The notes beneath the pieces are model-generated. The model did no database searches. It had not been told where the DNA came from and saw nothing but the letters and a program-made list of their open reading frames with translations. Shown here piece after piece: positions 57,228 to 64,000 of a stretch of DNA of 64,000 nucleotides. The position numbers were made by a program, and so were the translations under genes. Position 1 is the first letter of the stretch; each line of letters opens with the position of its first letter. Source of the stretch: Neocallimastix sp. 'constans' (taxonomy: Eukaryota); the NCBI GenBank assembly GCA_050613775.1, contig JBODTK010000011.1:1364001-1428000 (forward strand). The letters run 5' to 3'.

Positions 57228-57653
57228 ATGAAATTTAGAACAATAAATATTATTGGTTCTGCCGTATGCTTAGCTCTCGTTGCTACCGGTTTACCAATTC
57301 CAATAAAATCAATAAATGTTGAAAAGATTTCAACTACTCCAATAACTCATTCAGAACCCGTCAATACTATTAATAATATACCTTTAGATCAGGATGTTGA
57401 GGATGAAAATAAAAAAAAAGATAATGGAAACAAAAAAAAAATCAATATAAATTACTTAATGAGAGGAAGTGACAAAAATTTTATCGCCAATGGACCAAAA
57501 GGTTTAGTTAAGGATTTACATAGAATTTCACAATTTGAAATTCCTACTATTGGAGATAAATTCATAGAAATGAATAATGAATCTATTCCTTACATGCGTA
57601 CAGAGCAACAAAGTGAAACAAATGACAATGAGATTCATGAAGAAAAGGTTTAA
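57228..57653 (+). CDS. Small secreted protein of unknown function, 141 aa
   Basis: Signal-peptide-like MKFRTINIIGSAVCLALVATG; coding-like composition; ATG preceded by an A-rich context as in the other genes. Confidence 0.7.
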   Translation: MKFRTINIIGSAVCLALVATGLPIPIKSINVEKISTTPITHSEPVNTINNIPLDQDVEDENKKKDNGNKKKININYLMRGSDKNFIANGPKGLVKDLHRISQFEIPTIGDKFIEMNNESIPYMRTEQQSETNDNEIHEEKV

Positions 57654-58681
57654 AAAATTTAATCGTTAGTTTAAACAAAAAATAAAAATAAAAAAAAAAA
57701 AAAAAAAAAGTCTATAATAAATTTTTCAATAAAAAAAAAAAAAAAAAAAAGAGAGAGAGAGAGAGAGAAAGTATTTATAATTAAAATAAAAATAAAAAAA
57801 AAAAATTTTTTTAAATATATATATATATTTATATATATATAAGATGATGATAATAATAATAATAATTAAAAAAAAAAAGGATTAAATACATAGAAACTAT
57901 TAAATGCGTTATTTCCTTTTTTCTTAAATTATGATAAAAAAATAATAAAAAAAATAAAATTAAATTTTTATAAGAATATCAAAAAAAAAAAAAAAAAAAA
58001 AGAAAGAAAGAAAGAAAAGGATCAGAACAAAAAATCGATACAATTTTTTTTTTTTTTTTCGATTTAAAAGAAATACTTTATATTAATGAGAACAATAAAC
58101 CGTAATAAACAATGACAATGGCTGAAATTTTTTTAGTAATTTCTTTCATTAAATAATTTAAATAACTAAATAATTTTTTCTTTCTTTTCTTAGCTTATTT
58201 TTTTTTTTTTTTATTTCATTAGATATGTTAATTTGTTATTTTGTTTATATAGTTTTTAATAGAAAAAAATATATATAATATATAAATAATATATTTTATT
58301 ATTATAACTAACTATATAAATGATCATAAAAAAATTTTTGTTATATAAATTTTAATATTTTATGTAAATATTTTTATTTAATTATTTTTTAAATTTGTAA
58401 TAATAAAATAAAAAAATATATAAATGTATATATAAATAAATAAAAAAAAAAAAAAAAAAAGTTTTTAATATTTTTTAAATTCTATATAATTAAATTCATT
58501 ATTTTTTATAAATTATAATTTTTAGGTGTAATTCCTATAATTAATTAAATTATTTAGAGTAAATTTAAATTAATAAAAATTTTAAATTATTCCACAATTA
58601 TTGTCGGGGGGAAGGTTAATTTTTTAAATTTTGAATTATTTATAAAAATATAAAAATGTATTGACATAATACAAAATAAAA

Positions 58682-58729
<48 letters not shown>

Positions 58730-59300
58730 AAAAATATTAAATATTTTTATTATAATTATAATTATTGTTAAAAATAGGTTATACTGACATCCTCGAACAT
58801 CTATTACTGTTAACTCTAAATCTTTTTTTTTTTAATAATTAATAAATTTTTGTATAATTAAAGAGTATAATGATAAATATAATTCTTGAGTATCAATATT
58901 ATTTAACTACCTTGAAAAAAGAGAAAGAACTTTTATCTTTTTACTGGTATTTAATTGGTATTTTTATTCTTTTATATATTTATATATATATATGAATAAT
59001 AATTAAATATATTAAATTATTTCTAATATTTTAATAATTTGGTAATGTTTAAATCATGTTAAATAAAAATTTAAAGTTTTAAAATTACCAAAAAAAAAAA
59101 AAAAATTTCTTTTTTAATTATTAAATTTGACCTTTCAAATCTATATATTTATATATAGTCTTTTTTTTTAAAAAAAATTTTTTTTTTTTTTATAAATATA
59201 TATATATATATAATTATTATTTTGGGAAGCCAATTACGCCCACATGCTCTCTTCCTTGTTATAAAGGATAATTAAAATTATTATTTATTATTTTCATTAC

Positions 59301-59338
<38 letters not shown>

Positions 59339-59949
59339 GATTTATTATTTAAATTATTAGTTCTTTATTTTTAAATTTTTTATTAAAATTGTTAAAACAA
59401 AAATTGAAAAGAGAGTAGTAATAACGGGTAGTATAATTTATTATTAATACATTTTATTTTGTCCTGTAATACTAATTTTTACATTGGCAATGATGGTAAT
59501 GATTAACCGTAATATTTGATAATATAGGAATGAATGAATTTTACCAAAATAAAAATAAAAATAAAAATATATATATATAATTGAAAAGTTATTTGATATT
59601 AATTCATACTACTACTAATTTAAAGATTAATTAGGATGATGCTAATAAATTTTTTAAGTATGATCAATTAATTTCCAAAGGATTAAGAAACTTTTTTTTT
59701 TTTTTTTTTTAAAGGGATTATTAGGATGATGATTGATGAAATTGATGAAGATGATAATGATGCTTTTCTTTCTTTCTTAATTTAAGAATTATTTTGATTA
59801 TTATTATTATTAAAAATTTTTTTTAAAAAAAAAAAAAAAAGTTATTTATTTATATATATAATAAGGTGTTTTTTTTTTTTGTTTTTTTTTTTGTTTTTTT
59901 TTTTTTGTTTTTTATACTACTTAATTCCAAAAAAAATTAGTTTTTGAAT

Positions 59950-60080
59950 GTATCCAATAGGAAAGGAGCTCATGGTTAACTAGGCAAATGCTAAAATTAT
60001 TTAATTGATTATGGGTGTTAATTTTCATTAATGTAAATAATGAAGGTGAATCTATTTATTGCATTAGTTATCAATATTTA
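59950..60080 (+). pseudogene. Possible ankyrin-repeat relic
   Basis: Short frames YLIDYG and NVNNEGES resemble the ankyrin consensus; very degraded. Confidence 0.3.
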
Positions 60081-60564
60081 AATGTTGATAACTATTACTA
60101 TTACCATATTAAATTATTTAAAATATTTTAATATTAGTAATTATAGAAAAATATTAAAAAAAATTATATCTATTATTTGCATGGTTTATGTATACTATTT
60201 TATATTATATTAATGTGTATTTTAAATAATAGGGAAAAAAAATTCAATAATTAAATAATAACAATTATTATTTTTTTTTAATAAAAAATATAAAATAATT
60301 TATCTTTTTTAGAAAAAAAGATAGAAATTTTAATTCTTGATAATGTAATTAATACTTTAAGTTTTGATTTTATTATACTTTGAAAAAATATGCCTAAGTA
60401 AATTTGAAATAAGACAATAATCTGTTTTAAAAATTTTATTGAAAAACTATTATACCTAAATTTTTCAATAATTATATAATGGATATCAATAGTTGATTAT
60501 TGAAGCATTCATTAAATGAAAAACAAGATAATTTTATTTTTAAGAATTTTAAAAAAAAAAAAAA

Positions 60565-60601
<37 letters not shown>

Positions 60602-61098
60602 TAATTACATATGTATAAAATAAAATTATATAAATATAGCATGTTTATGCAAAAGTGTAACGTATGCCTAAATATATGTATATATGTTTTTTAGATATTC
60701 TACCCATATATTGATTTATGACAATTATTTTCCTTGCCTATATAATACATATACATATATATACACTTTTTATCACATATAAAATGCATTTTATACCACT
60801 TGTAACTCTGCTTATGCAATGTATCAATAAATACCCCAAGACAATTAATTATCCTTCTATCAGAAAAAAAATATGCATAATAATTTGAACGACACTTGAA
60901 CTAGTATGGTGCACATTAACTGAGCAGGAACACCCTAGATACCAAGTACCAAGCACTCAAGCTCACTATTTTTTTTTTTTTTTGAATGCAATCTGTTAAA
61001 TCCTATTGCAAAACAGGTACAATCTTGAATAATGACTATTAAGGTGTAAGATTCGAGTAATTATTAAAATAATTTTTATAGAGCAAAAGTAAAATAAA

Positions 61099-61148
<50 letters not shown>

Positions 61149-61660
61149 CAAATCAACAAATAAACAAATATTCAAAAAAAAAAAGTTTCTCTTTAAAAAA
61201 AAACGTTTAATTTGAAATGTTTAAATAATAATATCAAAAATATTTGATTAAAAAATTCCTTTATAATCATTAATCATATATTTTATATGTGTTTAATGAT
61301 TGTACGAAAGTTATAGTAATAATGCTAAGTATATAACGAAAATCTAAAGTTAATATTTTACCTCAAAAAATAAAATAAAAAAAACCGGAATAATTATGAG
61401 TGTCCCCCCTATAAACCCTACATTAACTACATAATTTACATTTACATTTGTTTAATATTAAATAATATTATAAGAGTTTTATTATAGTTTATTAATGTAT
61501 ATATATATTATAATAATGTAGAAACAAAACACACCCTCTATTTTTTCTTCAAAAAAAAAAAATATTATAGTTTATTAATATTTTTTATATACATATATAT
61601 ATTATATCTATATTATATTAATGTAAAAGCAGAACACACCCTGTATTTTTTTCATCAAAA

Positions 61661-61694
<34 letters not shown>

Positions 61695-62179
61695 CTATAT
61701 TATAATGAAGTGAGCAATAGTTAAAAAAAATTTTTTCTTTAAATTAATTATTCAGTTAATATAATATTCTGTATAATAGAAAGAATTTGAACAATAGTAA
61801 TAAAAAAAAAAAAAAAAAAAAGATAACAGTAATATTATAATAAAAAGATAAAAATAATATTGTAATAAAGAACATTATTTATATATACATTTTTTTTTTT
61901 TTTTAAGTATATTTTGTTCTATTTTCATTTCATTTTCATTTCAATTTATTTTATACTATTTAATTTTTATCAATTATACTACTACTAATGATAGTAATAA
62001 TTAAATAAATAATAACAATTTAATAAATAATAACAATATTTAATAAATAATAATTAATAATTAATAATTAATAAAATGATAATAAATAATAATACTAAAA
62101 TTTAATATTAATTTAGATGACTAAGAATAGGAGAGAGAACCAATAAATGTTAAATATTATAAAATAAAATTTGAAACAT

Positions 62180-62305
62180 TTTTTTAAATTTTATTATTCA
62201 TTTTTTAAATTTTATTATTCATTTTTTAAATTTTATTATTCATTTTTTAAATTTTATTATTCATTTTTTAAATTTTATTATTCATTTTTTAATTTTATTA
62301 TTCAT
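62180..62305. repeat. 21-bp minisatellite (TTTTTTAAATTTTATTATTCA) x6
   Basis: Directly visible tandem units. Confidence 0.85.
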
Positions 62306-63177
62306 TTTGCAATATCAATTCTTAATTAATCAATATCAATTAATTATAAATGATTGTCAAAAAAAAAAAATAAAAAATAAAAAAAAAAATAAAAAATAAA
62401 AATAAAATAAAAAATAAAATATGGTTAATAAATATTAATTTTATAATGAAATGAAGTTGTATAATTAATAAATAAAAATGTTAAAATAATCATAATTATT
62501 ATATAGAAGCACAATAATAATAATAAATAATAATATTTTAATAATAATTATAAATAATAAATAATACATATAATTATAAAAATAATATTGATAATAATTT
62601 TTAATATTTACATTTAAAAAAATAAAAAATAAAAATAAAATAAAATAAAATAAAATTATTAAATAGTAATAATAATTTATGTTTTTTAATAATTATTTAT
62701 AATTAATCATTTTTTTAATAATTAATTTTTATATTAATTTTATTAATTATAAAATAAACTTTAATGTTACACTAGAAAATAATTTAAATTATAGATAAAG
62801 ATAACAATATTGGAGTATTAAAAAAGAAATTTTAATTTATTTCTAATAACATCTGTTGAAATGAAATTTAATATATAAATGATTAAAAATTATCTTTCAA
62901 ATAACTAATTAAAGAATAAATGAGAAAAAAAATATATAAATATATAAACCAAGATATATTTATATTTTAGCTATATTGTCTATAAAAACTGTATAAAAAA
63001 TATTTATATAGTTTAAAATTTTAAGGATTGTAAAATTAAATTTCAAATTTGAAATTTAAAAAAAAAAAAGGAAAAAATAACTGATAATAAAATATAATAA
63101 TTCTTAAAAGTAAATCAACAAAACAAACAAAAATTTGAGATAAAATAAGGAAGAAAAAATTAAAATAAAAATAAAAA

Positions 63178-64000
63178 ATGAAATTTAATTTATTTATAAA
63201 AACTATTTTTATGTTCTTGACTGCTGTTAATGCAGCTGTAATTAATTCTAATGAAGAAATTAAAAAAAAGGACTTAAAAGTTTCCGTCATTGATAAAACA
63301 ATTTCATTATCTCGAGTTACTAAAGTTGATAAATCAATATCCAATGAACCAATTCCAGTAACCGCAATGGTTAGACCTGAATGCCCACTTGGAAAAGGCG
63401 TCGTCATGAATCAATTAATTGATTGTAACAAAACTGGTGGTAAATTTTATCGTAAATTCCATCCCTACCCAGAATGTTATTCTGATTTCGTATGTTTTAT
63501 TCCAGACGATACTAATATGCAAAATTCATCATTTTGTATAACTATCGATGATAATGTTTATTGTTCAGCTGATATTACTAATATTGATTCTTGTAGATTT
63601 GGAAAGCCTAATTATGACTTTAAACAATGTGTTAAAGATGCTAATAAAATTTTCTCTGATTTTTCTTATTCAACATTTAATCCTATTATTGCTTCAAAGA
63701 AAACAATGACAATTCCTAAGATTACAGCTAGTATTATTAACACAAAACCAATTCCAATTAGTTTGATTAAAACAAAACCAATTCTAACTAGTATTATCAA
63801 AACAAAACCAATTCCAATTAGTTTGATCAAGACAAAACCAATTCTAACTAGTATTATCAAAACAAAACCATTTCCAATTAGTTTGATCAAGACAAAACCA
63901 ATTTCAATTAGTATAATCAAAACAAAACCAGTTCCAACTAGTATTATTAAAACAAAACCAATTACAATTAGTATTATCAAAACAAAACCAGTTCCAACTA
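63178..64000 (+). CDS. Secreted protein with an unrecognised 8-Cys domain and 10-aa (SIIKTKPIPT-type) tandem repeats; runs off the window end
   Basis: Not in the ORF track because it has no stop in the window. ATG 63178, MKFNLFIKTIFMFLTAVNA signal peptide, CPLGKGVV..DCNK..YPECYSDFVCFIP..CITID..YCSADITNIDSC..KQCV, then 30-bp repeats from ~63730; frame open to 64000. Confidence 0.85.
   Translation, partial: MKFNLFIKTIFMFLTAVNAAVINSNEEIKKKDLKVSVIDKTISLSRVTKVDKSISNEPIPVTAMVRPECPLGKGVVMNQLIDCNKTGGKFYRKFHPYPECYSDFVCFIPDDTNMQNSSFCITIDDNVYCSADITNIDSCRFGKPNYDFKQCVKDANKIFSDFSYSTFNPIIASKKTMTIPKITASIINTKPIPISLIKTKPILTSIIKTKPIPISLIKTKPILTSIIKTKPFPISLIKTKPISISIIKTKPVPTSIIKTKPITISIIKTKPVPT

Overview
Extremely AT-rich, gene-sparse eukaryotic genomic DNA with GT-AG introns, long A/T homopolymers and (ATT)n/(AATAAAT)n microsatellites. 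Composition and gene families suggest an anaerobic gut fungus (Neocallimastigomycota); this is inference. Intact genes: two paralogous 3-exon rhomboid proteases with independently expanded Asn/Gly/Tyr/Ser N-terminal repeats; an intronless bacterial-type NhaC-family transporter (HGT candidate); an ankyrin-repeat protein; a 2-exon secreted HSL-type alpha/beta hydrolase; a 7-TM protein; a type II membrane Stealth-family protein with two tandem Stealth modules (second degenerate); a small secreted protein; and the 5' part of a secreted protein with an 8-Cys domain I do not recognise plus 10-aa Thr/Lys/Pro/Ile linkers, whose truncated pseudogene copy lies at ~21.4-22.6 kb. Intergenic DNA holds two decayed copies of one LINE family, a Ty1/copia remnant, a tRNA-derived (SINE-like) head, an inverted pair of repeat elements flanking rhomboid 2, a putative MITE and ankyrin pseudogene fragments. 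Most short ORFs in the track are microsatellite or antisense artefacts. No rRNA, intact tRNA or CRISPR seen.
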